Program-made: the position numbers and the translations under genes
Notes under the pieces: generated by a model
What the model saw: only the letters and a program-made list of their open reading frames with translations
Database searches by the model: none
What the model was told of the DNA's origin: nothing
In this document: positions 9,250 to 18,700 of the stretch, in pieces
Numbering within the stretch: position 1 is the first letter of the stretch
Layout: each line of letters begins with the position of its first letter
IMG/VR virus record: IMGVR_UViG_3300005512_000093
Span: 1 to 40,793 of that record
Direction: 5' to 3' (one strand)
Source of the DNA: a virus
Taxonomy: Duplodnaviria > Caudoviricetes
Length of the DNA stretch: 40,793 nt

Positions 9250-9325
9250 GCTTTCGTAGCTCAATTGGTAGAGCACCTCACTTGTAATGAGGATGTTCGG
9301 GGTTCGAGTCCCTGCGGAAGCTCCA
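9250..9325 (+). tRNA. tRNA-Thr(UGU)
   Basis: 76-nt cloverleaf: acceptor GCTTTCG/CGGAAGC, D-arm GCTC-AATTGGTA-GAGC, anticodon arm CCTCA-CT-TGT-AA-TGAGG, TTCGAGT T-loop, encoded CCA. Confidence 0.95.
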
Positions 9326-9349
9326 CTCTCAATCCAAAACAATCCCTCC

Positions 9350-9556
9350 ATGAAACTCTGGCTCTACCATAAGAACGACGGGGCGCAAGTATTCGATCTC
9401 GACGTATCCGACCAGGCGCAGCTCCACACCGACGGATGGCGTGACACTCCGGCGCACCCGGACTTCACTGCCACGCCTGAGCCGAAAGCGCCGCTACAGG
9501 CGATTGCTGATGGCATAACCACTAAAAAGCCCACACTCAGGAGGAAGAAGGCATGA
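9350..9556 (+). CDS. Small hypothetical protein after coat
   Basis: MKLWLYHK...GWRDTPA; stop overlaps the next start (ATGA). Confidence 0.7.
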   Translation: MKLWLYHKNDGAQVFDLDVSDQAQLHTDGWRDTPAHPDFTATPEPKAPLQAIADGITTKKPTLRRKKA

Positions 9557-10260
9557 CACTGAAGCGTATGATCGAGATGGCGCTGCAAACGATTGGGGTG
9601 CTCGGTGAGGACCGTGAGGCATCAGCAGGGCAGATCAGTGAAGCACTGGACTTTTTTAACGCCATGCTCGGAAGCTGGAGTATTGATGGCCTGCTTGTCC
9701 CCTACGTCAGCAGAACATCGTTTACCCTTCCGACAAAGCAGGTGGTTACGGTTGGCCCCAGCAAGGATCTCTCAATGTCTGCTGTTCCAGCAAGCGTCTC
9801 CGGCATCACAATCTACTATAACGGCGACACCTTTCATCCGGCCCTTACATCAATTCAGGATGTTGAGGTTTCGCAGGCAGCATCAGGCATTGTCCCGGAT
9901 CGGTACGCGTTGGCTTATGACCCGGGTGCTGTGCTGGTGATGTTTCCGTGCATCCCTCCGTCAGCTTGCACCATCACGGTGGATGCGCTGCTCCCCTTTG
10001 CTAATCTCAGATCCCTTACGGCAGATATAGAGCTCCCGTCAGAGTACGACCGGTTATGCTATCTGGCGCTCAGTATCGAGTTGTGCCCAAAGTACGGTAA
10101 ATCCGTCAGGAGTGATGTGGCGGCCCTTGCCGCTGATGCCTACAAAAGCATAAGGTACAAGCGAGCAACCGAGAGGGTTGTCCCTGAGCTTCAGATGCCC
10201 GCCGGGTACCCTGTCGCTCACAGGCCTTTATACAACATCGTTCTTGACGCGACATCATGA
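9553..10260 (+). CDS. Head-to-tail adaptor, P22 gp4-like
   Basis: ALQTIGVLG...ALDFFNAMLGSWS and LSIELCPKYG; position before the gp10-like gene. Confidence 0.75.
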   Translation: MTLKRMIEMALQTIGVLGEDREASAGQISEALDFFNAMLGSWSIDGLLVPYVSRTSFTLPTKQVVTVGPSKDLSMSAVPASVSGITIYYNGDTFHPALTSIQDVEVSQAASGIVPDRYALAYDPGAVLVMFPCIPPSACTITVDALLPFANLRSLTADIELPSEYDRLCYLALSIELCPKYGKSVRSDVAALAADAYKSIRYKRATERVVPELQMPAGYPVAHRPLYNIVLDATS

Positions 10261-11744
10261 AGCCGACACAGATAAATTTTGCGTTAGCGTCTCAGGATGG
10301 ACGGTTCAGGGCGGTCAACGGATCGCGCCTGGTGAACCTGTATCCAGAGATTCTGCCGCCGGACAGCAAGGTAAAGGTCGCCCTTTTTGGAACACCAGGC
10401 CAAGCGCTGTTTTGCTCACTGCCAACCGGTCCTGTTCAAGGCTTGTGCGTGATGGACGGCGAGCTCTACGCTGTGACAAAAAGCAAGTTCTACCATGTCA
10501 AGTGGAACGGTGAGTATGAAGAGCTTGGCAACTGCCTGTGTTCAAGCAGGGTAAGCATCGCCACCAACGGCATCCAGATGATATGGGTCAACGGCATTCG
10601 CGGTTACGCATACAGCATCACTGATGGCGTCTACGAGATGAAAGGTGATGGCTGGTATCCATCCAACACCGTTACGCACCAGGACGGCTTCTTCATCTTC
10701 AATCGGCAGAGTACTGGGCAGTTCTTCATATCGAAACTGCTTTCGACTGAGCTGGACGCTCTCGACTATGCTACAGCTGAGGCTTCGCCAGATGATACCT
10801 TGGCAATCATTTCCGACCAGCGGGCACTGTGGTTGATGGGAGCGGAGAGTATCGAGGTCTGGTACAACTCCGGAGGAGACTTCCCGTTCCAGCGAATGAG
10901 TGGAGCGTATATCGAGAAGGGTATTGGGGCGGCGCACTCTGCCGCAAAACTCGACAACGGAATCTTCTTCCTTGGCGCTGATGCCGGGGTGTATCGCACC
11001 AACGGCTATTCGATCCAGCGTAAGAGCACGCACGATATTGAAAGTGCGCTTCGCAATGTCAACCTGTCCGACGCCTACGCATGGTCTTATGTGGATGGTG
11101 GGCACTCGTTCTATACGCTGACTGTCCCGGCGCTCAATCGCACATTCTGCTATGATGTATCCTCCGACCTATGGCACGACCGTGCAAGAAGCGTGCATGG
11201 CCGGCACAATGCGCATTGCTACGCGAAATGCTACGACCGCCATTTCGTTGGTGACTTCCAGAGCGGCGATATCTACCTGCTCGACGAATGCGCCTACACC
11301 GACAACGGCGACAACATCGTTCGGGAGGCAGTCGCTCCTGTGCTGCATAACGGAAGGGACCGTATAAGCCTGTTCGGCGTGGAAGTAGACCTGTTCACAC
11401 CAGAAGACCAGCCAAGGGCCGAGTATGGTGCACCGATGTTCGAGTTCGAGGATGGGTCCGGCGGAATACTCATGGAGGATGGCAGCGTCCTGCAACTGGA
11501 GTGCGATGCCCCAAGAGATGAGGTGTTTTTTCGACCAACCGCCAGTCTCTCGTATTCGGACGACAATGGCGAGACGTGGACAGGAGGAATTGACACTGCG
11601 TTTGGTCGGTCAGGCAGCTCCATGTCGAGTGCAAAGTGGGGGCCGCTCGGGCAGTTCCGGCAGCGGCACCTGAAGCTCACCATCACTGACCCGGTTCCCG
11701 TGCGGATCGCCGGAGTATACGCGGAGATCGAAGCTGATGAGTGA
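10257..11744 (+). CDS. Packaged DNA stabilization / tail hub protein, P22 gp10-like
   Basis: RLVNLYPE, YATAEASPD, SIEVWYNSGGDFPFQR, LSYSDDNGETW, WGPLGQFRQR, ITDPVP. Confidence 0.85.
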   Translation: MKPTQINFALASQDGRFRAVNGSRLVNLYPEILPPDSKVKVALFGTPGQALFCSLPTGPVQGLCVMDGELYAVTKSKFYHVKWNGEYEELGNCLCSSRVSIATNGIQMIWVNGIRGYAYSITDGVYEMKGDGWYPSNTVTHQDGFFIFNRQSTGQFFISKLLSTELDALDYATAEASPDDTLAIISDQRALWLMGAESIEVWYNSGGDFPFQRMSGAYIEKGIGAAHSAAKLDNGIFFLGADAGVYRTNGYSIQRKSTHDIESALRNVNLSDAYAWSYVDGGHSFYTLTVPALNRTFCYDVSSDLWHDRARSVHGRHNAHCYAKCYDRHFVGDFQSGDIYLLDECAYTDNGDNIVREAVAPVLHNGRDRISLFGVEVDLFTPEDQPRAEYGAPMFEFEDGSGGILMEDGSVLQLECDAPRDEVFFRPTASLSYSDDNGETWTGGIDTAFGRSGSSMSSAKWGPLGQFRQRHLKLTITDPVPVRIAGVYAEIEADE

Positions 11745-12609
11745 GATTATCCAGGTAGTTCCGCCGCTGACGCAGGCTGTCATCGATACCAAGACCGGTT
11801 TGCCGACAAAGGCCATGGCGGACTTCATGCACCAGTTGTCCATGCTGGCTACTGTTCCCGACCCAGCTACAGCTCAGAAGATCAATGACATACTCGACCG
11901 GTTTGACGGCACGGACGAGTCGATCAGCGGATTGGTTTCTGATCTGCTTGCGCTTGCCGAAGATCTGAAGGCGAGCGTGCTGGAATGGAACGAAACCAGA
12001 CAGAACGACACAGAGAGTTTTGCTCGATCAGTCAAACTATTAACAGCAGCTCTCAATGAGAACCAGGCGGCCATAATTCGATCGCAAGAAGCGAAAGTAA
12101 TGGCCGACGAAGCACTTGCCAGCTACATATCCACACTCTCATCGACGGTTGGCGACAATGCAGCCGCAATAACCGATGAAGCCACGGCAAGAGCGACGGC
12201 CGACGAAGCGCTTGCCAGCGATATATCCACACTCTCATCGACGGTTGGCGACAATGCAGCCGCAATAACCGATGAAGCCACGGCAAGAGCGACGGCCGAC
12301 GAAGCGCTTGCCAGCGATATATCCACACTCTCATCGACGGTTGGCGAACACACCACAACACTTACCGAGTTTGCCGAAACGATTGATGGCATTACCGGTA
12401 CATGGGGGGTTCAGGTTGATGTAAACGGGTACGTGTCAGGAATTAAACTTATAGGCGAAAACGATACCAGTGAGTTTAATGTTTTGGCTGACAAGTTTTC
12501 TGTTATTTCTCCTGATGGAACAGAAGGAAAACTCATCATTCAGAATAACACACTCACGCTTTACGATCAAAATAATGTAGTTAGGGTCAAAATTGGAAAT
12601 CTTTCATGA
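11737..12609 (+). CDS. Tail needle / central spike with coiled-coil repeats and a lambda-J-like C-terminal segment
   Basis: gp26 position; EATARATADEALAS repeats; WGVQVDVNGYVSGI...SEFNVLADKF and YDQNNVVRVKIGNL C-terminus. Confidence 0.7.
   Translation: MSEIIQVVPPLTQAVIDTKTGLPTKAMADFMHQLSMLATVPDPATAQKINDILDRFDGTDESISGLVSDLLALAEDLKASVLEWNETRQNDTESFARSVKLLTAALNENQAAIIRSQEAKVMADEALASYISTLSSTVGDNAAAITDEATARATADEALASDISTLSSTVGDNAAAITDEATARATADEALASDISTLSSTVGEHTTTLTEFAETIDGITGTWGVQVDVNGYVSGIKLIGENDTSEFNVLADKFSVISPDGTEGKLIIQNNTLTLYDQNNVVRVKIGNLS
12102..12347 (+). repeat. 96-bp (32-aa) tandem repeat, ~2.5 near-identical copies
   Basis: GCCGACGAAGC unit starts at 12103, 12199 and 12295. Confidence 0.9.
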
Positions 12610-12908
12610 GTTATGGTGTAGAAATTTTTAATGAATTGGGAGTGAAGGTTCTTACATCAGACGGTAGATACGGTCGCTTGGTGTATACGGCTGCTGTTGC
12701 AAACTCCGGGGGCATAACGCTTCCCGCTTTGGAAGGAAAACTTAGTTATCAGTGGGTTCAAGATAATGGTGCGATTGGGATTGAATATACAGTAAGATAT
12801 GAAAGTTCCGGCATCAGAGAGTCTACGATATCACGATCAGGTAATACTATTACTTGGTACAGGAATAGCAATGTCACCGGAATTCTATTTGTCTACATTT
12901 ACTCATGA
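12606..12908 (+). CDS. Small tail-tip protein (AT-rich module)
   Basis: MSYGVEIFNELG start; ATGA-coupled to both neighbours. Confidence 0.65.
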   Translation: MSYGVEIFNELGVKVLTSDGRYGRLVYTAAVANSGGITLPALEGKLSYQWVQDNGAIGIEYTVRYESSGIRESTISRSGNTITWYRNSNVTGILFVYIYS

Positions 12909-13624
12909 GTTACGGAATAAAAATACATAATGAGAATGGTGATGTTCAGGTTGATGGGGAATATTCAAATTATATGTTGACGGGTACAGGGACGGTTACA
13001 CCTTTTTATAGTGATGCGTACCACGACGCAATGTTCTCATTTCCTGATTATGGGGATATCCCAATTATTGGTATAAAGCCTACCAGTAAGGGTGCAGCAA
13101 TTGCTACAACAAACTCAACTACCAGTGCCTTTTGTATTTCAAGTTCGAGCAACTACAACCTTGACTGCGCAAGGAATTTTTATACAACTCCTATCACGTA
13201 TGCAATTTTTAATAAAGCAAAACCAATCCCTTTGTCCGGAAAGTATGGGATCGCTATTTATAATTCAAGCGGGGATATTGTATTTGATAGTGAGCGCAAA
13301 TGGATGCGGATAATAAGTTCCAATACAGTACGATTGTATAGAGCACCAGTTTACGGCCCAACATCTGCCGTTTTAAATGTTGTGAATGCTGATGCAAACT
13401 ATTTTGCAATATCCCCAAACCTTGTAGGAATACTGTTTGAAAGACCTTCTTACGGGTTGTCGGCAATTACGCCATATAGGGTAATGATCTCTAAAAAAAA
13501 CTCAACGCAAATCGGCGTTTATTTTGGAGGCACATTTAGATCCCGATGTGATGGTGAGGGGCAAAATTATTACGTGGGTCATAAATACGGTGACATAACT
13601 GTTATTGAATTGAATTATACCTGA
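12905..13624 (+). CDS. Tail-tip / receptor-binding candidate (AT-rich module)
   Basis: Internally duplicated motif MSYGIKIHNENG / YGIAIYNSSGDIVFDS; rich in beta-strand-type residues. Confidence 0.65.
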   Translation: MSYGIKIHNENGDVQVDGEYSNYMLTGTGTVTPFYSDAYHDAMFSFPDYGDIPIIGIKPTSKGAAIATTNSTTSAFCISSSSNYNLDCARNFYTTPITYAIFNKAKPIPLSGKYGIAIYNSSGDIVFDSERKWMRIISSNTVRLYRAPVYGPTSAVLNVVNADANYFAISPNLVGILFERPSYGLSAITPYRVMISKKNSTQIGVYFGGTFRSRCDGEGQNYYVGHKYGDITVIELNYT

Positions 13625-13629
13625 TATTC

Positions 13630-14079
13630 ATGAGCGAAGATTTAACTCAATTCAGCCAGATATCATCATCCATGCAGCGCGAGAAGATTCTAGCATTCGA
13701 GGCTGAGGCCCGCAAGCTCCCACAGATCGAGATACCGGTTCGGCACTACTTCTCGAAGGGACTGTATGCCAGGGAAATAACCATTCCTGCCGGCGCAATC
13801 GTGACCGGGAAGATCCACTTGTTCGAGCACCTGAACATCATATCCTCGGGCATCGTCCGGATCGTCACAGAGGATTTCAACGAGGTTGTCGAAGCACCAA
13901 GAACACTGGTCGCCATGCCTGGCGTGAAGAAGGTTCTTTATGCCATAACAACAACTGTTTTTACTACAGTTCACGCGACAGATATTACGGATATCGATGA
14001 AATCGATCGGGTATTCGTTACCGAAGATTACGACGATCTTAAACTTGAAGGGCAAAAACCATGTCATTTGTTGCAGTAG
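13630..14079 (+). CDS. Cupin-like phage protein preceding the ejection genes
   Basis: HYFSKGLYAREITIPAGAIVTGKIH...H and TVHAT His pattern. Confidence 0.7.
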   Translation: MSEDLTQFSQISSSMQREKILAFEAEARKLPQIEIPVRHYFSKGLYAREITIPAGAIVTGKIHLFEHLNIISSGIVRIVTEDFNEVVEAPRTLVAMPGVKKVLYAITTTVFTTVHATDITDIDEIDRVFVTEDYDDLKLEGQKPCHLLQ

Positions 14080-14879
14080 CTATCGGGTCCGCAGTGGTTG
14101 GTGCCGGAGCATCGATTTACGGGGCCAGTCAGTCGTCGAAAGCCGCGTCCGCCGCAGCCGCGGCGCAGGTGCAGGCTAATAAGGACAATATTGAGTTCCA
14201 GAAGTGGCTGTATACTGACACCAAGGCGCAGTATGAGCCATGGTACAATGCCGGCACACAGGCGCTCACGCAGATGCAGAAGGGTATCGCTGACGGGTCC
14301 TTCGATATCGGGACATTCATGGCGTCTGACGTCTACGATCCGGGGATGTTTAAGTTTGATTCCAGTAAAGTCCAGATCGACCCCGGATACTCGTTTCGGT
14401 TAAACGAAGGCATCAACGCTCTTGACCGAAGTGCATCATCAAGAGGGATGGTGCAGTCTGGGGCGCAGCAGAAAGCGATCAGTCAGTACGGACAGGACCT
14501 TTCCAGCCAGGAGTACGGAGCAGCCTACGACCGAGCATACCAAAACCAATTGACCGAATACAATTCTGGCGTTGATCGGTATAGCCGAGAGTACAACGCT
14601 AAGCGTGACACCTATAATTCGAGTGTCGCCGACAAGCAGAACAGTTACAACATGCTGAACAACATGTCCTCAGGTGGCCAGAGCGCAGTATCTGGAACGC
14701 AGAGCGCCGCAAACAACCTCAGTTCGCAGGTCGGAGCCTCGACGATCAATACTGGCAACGCGATTGCGAACGGAGCCTTGAACAGCGCAGCCGCATGGAA
14801 CACCGGAATTACTGGCGCTGCTACTGCGGTCAATCAGGGCGCACAGAACTACCTTCTCGCAAACTACCTGAAAAAGTAA
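14061..14879 (+). CDS. DNA transfer / pilot ejection protein (P22 gp7-like)
   Basis: Hydrophobic Gly/Ala N-terminus; DPGYSFRLNEGINALDRSASSRG...SGAQQKAISQYGQ. Confidence 0.8.
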   Translation: MSFVAVAIGSAVVGAGASIYGASQSSKAASAAAAAQVQANKDNIEFQKWLYTDTKAQYEPWYNAGTQALTQMQKGIADGSFDIGTFMASDVYDPGMFKFDSSKVQIDPGYSFRLNEGINALDRSASSRGMVQSGAQQKAISQYGQDLSSQEYGAAYDRAYQNQLTEYNSGVDRYSREYNAKRDTYNSSVADKQNSYNMLNNMSSGGQSAVSGTQSAANNLSSQVGASTINTGNAIANGALNSAAAWNTGITGAATAVNQGAQNYLLANYLKK

Positions 14880-14881
14880 TC

Positions 14882-15772
14882 ATGGCAGCCAATCAGTTCG
14901 GAGTTGATCTTGGGGCCGCGTTCGCGCAGGCCGAGCAGATAAAGAAAGCGCAGGCGGACCGGCAGTTGTCGGAGCGCAAGAACGCGCTTGCTCAAAAGAG
15001 GGCCGACTACGCGGCAAATCCGCAGGACGAGTCACTTCGATCACAGCTGCTTATTGAGGATCCCGAGGGCATGAGAGCTACCGCCGAGGCGATCGGGAAG
15101 ATGGACGAAAACGACCGTAAAAGGACTGAGCTGGCGTCACTCAATCTTGCTCGATACGCGAAGGCTGCTATGGATAGTCAGGACCCAGCAGCGACGTGGG
15201 CGCAGACCAGGGAGTCGGCGCCGGCTGAGATACAGGCAAAGATGGGCGAGTACAGCCCGATCAAGGCCAAGCAGATGTTCTACAACAGCATGACAATCAG
15301 TGAGCTTACCAAGAACCCAGACGTGGTGAAGGCTGGCGGATACGATCAGGTGTACCAGCATGGCGAGGCTATCGGAAAGAAGACTCCGAGCGAGAGCATG
15401 CTAAAGATGAAGAACGACAACGAGCAGAGAGAGTTGGACCGGCAGAACACAAGAGGTAACGCGCTTATCAGGTCAAACGGTGGCGGCGGAAGCGGGAAGG
15501 TAAGTGCGGCGATGCTTGGAGAGCTTCGCCGGCTATCGGAAAATGTTGTTGGCGGCATACAGGTGACTGACCAGGATACAGGGAAAAGCACGGTCAGTAA
15601 GGGAAGGGCAGATCAGGCAAGTTGGGTGGCAGCGCGAGCTGAGAGGTATGTTGGTCAGGGAGTGCCGTTATTCCAGGCGGTAAACAGGGCAAAGAAGGAT
15701 ATGATGAATGCTCTTGAGCGAGAAGGAAAGACAGGGGCAGCGGAGCGCCCGAGCGCGAAAGGCATTTTCTAA
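14882..15772 (+). CDS. Ejection protein (gp20 position)
   Basis: Helical Ala/Gln-rich ORF between the pilot protein and the giant protein; ATG 3 nt after the upstream stop. Confidence 0.65.
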   Translation: MAANQFGVDLGAAFAQAEQIKKAQADRQLSERKNALAQKRADYAANPQDESLRSQLLIEDPEGMRATAEAIGKMDENDRKRTELASLNLARYAKAAMDSQDPAATWAQTRESAPAEIQAKMGEYSPIKAKQMFYNSMTISELTKNPDVVKAGGYDQVYQHGEAIGKKTPSESMLKMKNDNEQRELDRQNTRGNALIRSNGGGGSGKVSAAMLGELRRLSENVVGGIQVTDQDTGKSTVSKGRADQASWVAARAERYVGQGVPLFQAVNRAKKDMMNALEREGKTGAAERPSAKGIF

Positions 15773-15794
15773 CCACAAACACATCCATATCGAA

Positions 15795-18700
15795 ATGGCT
15801 CAGACCACTTCCGACCGGCTCTACGATTTCCTTGTCAAGAACGTTGATGATGTGCCGGATCGGCAGTCGTTCAATGCGTCCATGCAGGACAAGGGAAAGC
15901 GCGAGCAGCTTCACTCGTTCATGCAGCAGCATTTCGACGACATCCCTGACTTCGAGAAATTCGATACCTCCCTCGGGTCAAGGAATCGGACCATTCCAGA
16001 GAAGGTAGTTGACACGGCCAGCTCCGTTGGTGACTGGGGTCAGGGTGCCGCCGGAGGCGCAGTCAGTTCCGTCAAGAACCTTCCCAACACAGTCCGCAAG
16101 GGCTACGCCCAGGGCAAGTTCGCCACAGCCATCAACGAGGCAAATCCGAATCCCGACCAGGTATCGCAGGCTTACGCTGAGACGCAGCGCCTCAATACCG
16201 AACTCCCGAAAACGGACTCAGCCAAGATGCTTGAATCCGGAATGTCATCGTGGGACGTGTTCTCCAGAAACCCCGTTGGGTTCATTGTTGATGTTGGCGC
16301 TGAGTCCATAGCCGGCATGGCACCGGAAGCCATCAAGAGTGCGCCCGGAATTGTCGCAGGCAGTATGGCTACCGGGGCCGCAGCGGGAGCAGTCGGACTT
16401 GGTGCTCCAACAGGAGGTCTCGGAACCGCACCCGGTGCCGCGGGTGGTGCAGTTATTGGTGCTGAAGCATCCGTTCCTCTTATCGCCTACAATGCCTCGG
16501 CTGTGCAGAAGCAGGCAGAACTTTTCGTTCAGGAGCTGGCGTCACGCGGCGTCAACATGAATGATCCTAACGCCATCAAGACGGCGTTCTCGAATCCATC
16601 TCTCATCAGGGAGATCAAGGCGAAGGTCGCCCTCCCTTCATCGATCACCGGGTTTTTTGACGGCCTGTCGGCATTGGCTGGCGGCAGTATAGAGAGCGCC
16701 GTGAGCAGTGCTGCAGCTCGTCGCGGTGCCGGCAAGGCCGCAAGCCGGGCAGCCGGAGAGGTTGCTGACTTTGGGTTTCAGGCCAGCGCAGGCATGGCTG
16801 GCGAGGGTGGCGCACAGGTCGCTTACTCCGGGAAGATCACCAGCCCTGACGATATTATTGCTGAAGGTCTTGCTGAGACACCTGTTCTTGGTATGGCGTC
16901 GAGGGTAGCCAAGAAGGTGGCTTCGGGCGCAGCGCAGGGCACTGTATCTATGGCGGAGCGAGTGCAGCAGAAGCTCGCTGAGCGCAATGCCGCCCAAGGA
17001 CTGCAGTTTGGGGTGGCGCAGTCTGGCGTACCAGTTCAGCCGCAGGCGGTTATTGAGCAGCAACCGGCCGCAGTTACCACTCAGCCGCCGATCCAGCAGA
17101 AGCAGGCCAAGCCGGAACCGCAGGGCGTTGTGGCTCCCCCGCAAGTCACAACGCCGGTTGTGGCTCCTGATCCCATTGTTTCCGATACACAACCCGAGCC
17201 GACGACCGTCGAGCCGCAGGTGCCGCAAGGCGCAACTCCTGATCCAGTCCAGCCGGCGCAAACGCTCAAGGCTGAACCTGTTGCTCCACTGGTTCCGCAG
17301 GAGCCCGCCAAGCCCTCAGAGAGGCCGCAAGAGTCAGAAAACGGCTTCGCGTCATGGTGGGAGGGGATGAACGCCAAAGAGCAGGAGCAGGCGTTCCAGG
17401 CTGTAGGAGAGATCGGGACCGGAGGTGTTGCAACCAAGGCGAGCGATCTTCCAATCAATGGAATAACCAAAAAGATCGAGGGTTTGCATGATCAGGGATG
17501 GAGCCCCGCCAAGCAGCCAGAACCAGAGCAGGACGCCGTAACTCCCCCGAAGGCGAGCATTGCCCCGTCTCAGCAGGATGATGCTCCACAGCAGGCTAAG
17601 AAGGAACCGTGGGAAACAAGATCTCAGGACTGGTTTGACTACAAATTCGGGCAGTTAAGCAAAAAGGAGCAGGCGCAAGTTCTTGGCGGCGAAGAAGGTG
17701 TCGTTACCGTTGAACAATTAAGAGCGCAAACTGATGCAGAGCATCGTCAGGCTGTTGAGCGAGCACTCAGCGAAGGCAAGCATGTCCCACAGGAAGTGAT
17801 TGATGAGGACCCGTCGCTGAAGAAGCAGGCCGTGTTTGTCAAGGCGAAGCAGAAGAAGCTGCAGCAGAAGAAGGACGAACAGGCGCGAGACAAGAACGGG
17901 CACAGGATGCGCGACTGGTCTGAAACCAAGATTCCGAATCCCGACGAGACTGGTATTGACGCCGATGATGATGGCGGAAAGACGAAGCGAGATTTCCTCA
18001 GCGATGCAAGCAGGTACGCGAAGACTGTTGCCGATCTTCTCGCAGAGCGAGGCTTTGCTCCTGGGCTTGATCGAAATGGGAAGAAGAGCAAGTCCGTTCA
18101 CATCAATGAAGCCGGGCCCGCTTCGTCCGGCGACGTTTCCGTGACCGTTTACCATGAGGATGGACGCGGTATACACATGAACATCGGCACCACGTTGGCC
18201 GGGCCGAAGGGTGGTATTTCCATCATGGCCAGGGCGGCGCACAAGACCGACGATCCTTTCGGGGCCCGAAGCCAGAACAAATGGCTGCCGGTGGCTCTTC
18301 CTGCGGGCAAGATGGCGGATATGCTTGAGGAACTGTCCGGAACCCGAAAGCCTGCCGTTCCGCAGCAGGAGCCGAAGGAGGGCACCGGGGAAGTTGGCTC
18401 CAAATCGGAACCGACCACAGGGCAGAAACCGCATCCGTCAGCAACCGAAAGGAAGAGGCCTATCGAAGAGAAGCTCGTAGAGAAGCTGATCGACGGCGGC
18501 TTCTCCAGCATCACGGAGGCCCGGAAGTGGTACGAGACTGAAACTGGAAAGAAGATCGAGCCCGGATCGATAGAGGCCAAGGCGTTCGATGAGATGGTCG
18601 AGATTGCATCGGTGCAGGCGGCCAGGCAGCTTGTCGCCGACAACGATTTCTCCGGTGCTTACGACAAGCTTGTGGAGCTGTACAAAAATATGCCTCGCCT

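Noticed and set aside
9250-9325. tRNA-Thr as an attachment-site remnant
   Set aside because: Complete gene inside the virion operon, ~24 kb from int, with no duplicated 3' end; arm-like repeats next to int mark attP instead.
13433-13464. Fourth CTGTTTGAA copy as a late promoter
   Set aside because: Intragenic, in AT-rich DNA, and the hexamer position reads GTCGGC.
15708-15794. ORF-track upstream starts for the giant protein (15708), TerL (3226), and ORFs 1510, 9287, 14795, 31418, 31806, 35531 and 39869
   Set aside because: They overlap upstream genes, RNAs or predicted promoters; downstream ATGs with SD or translational coupling fit better.
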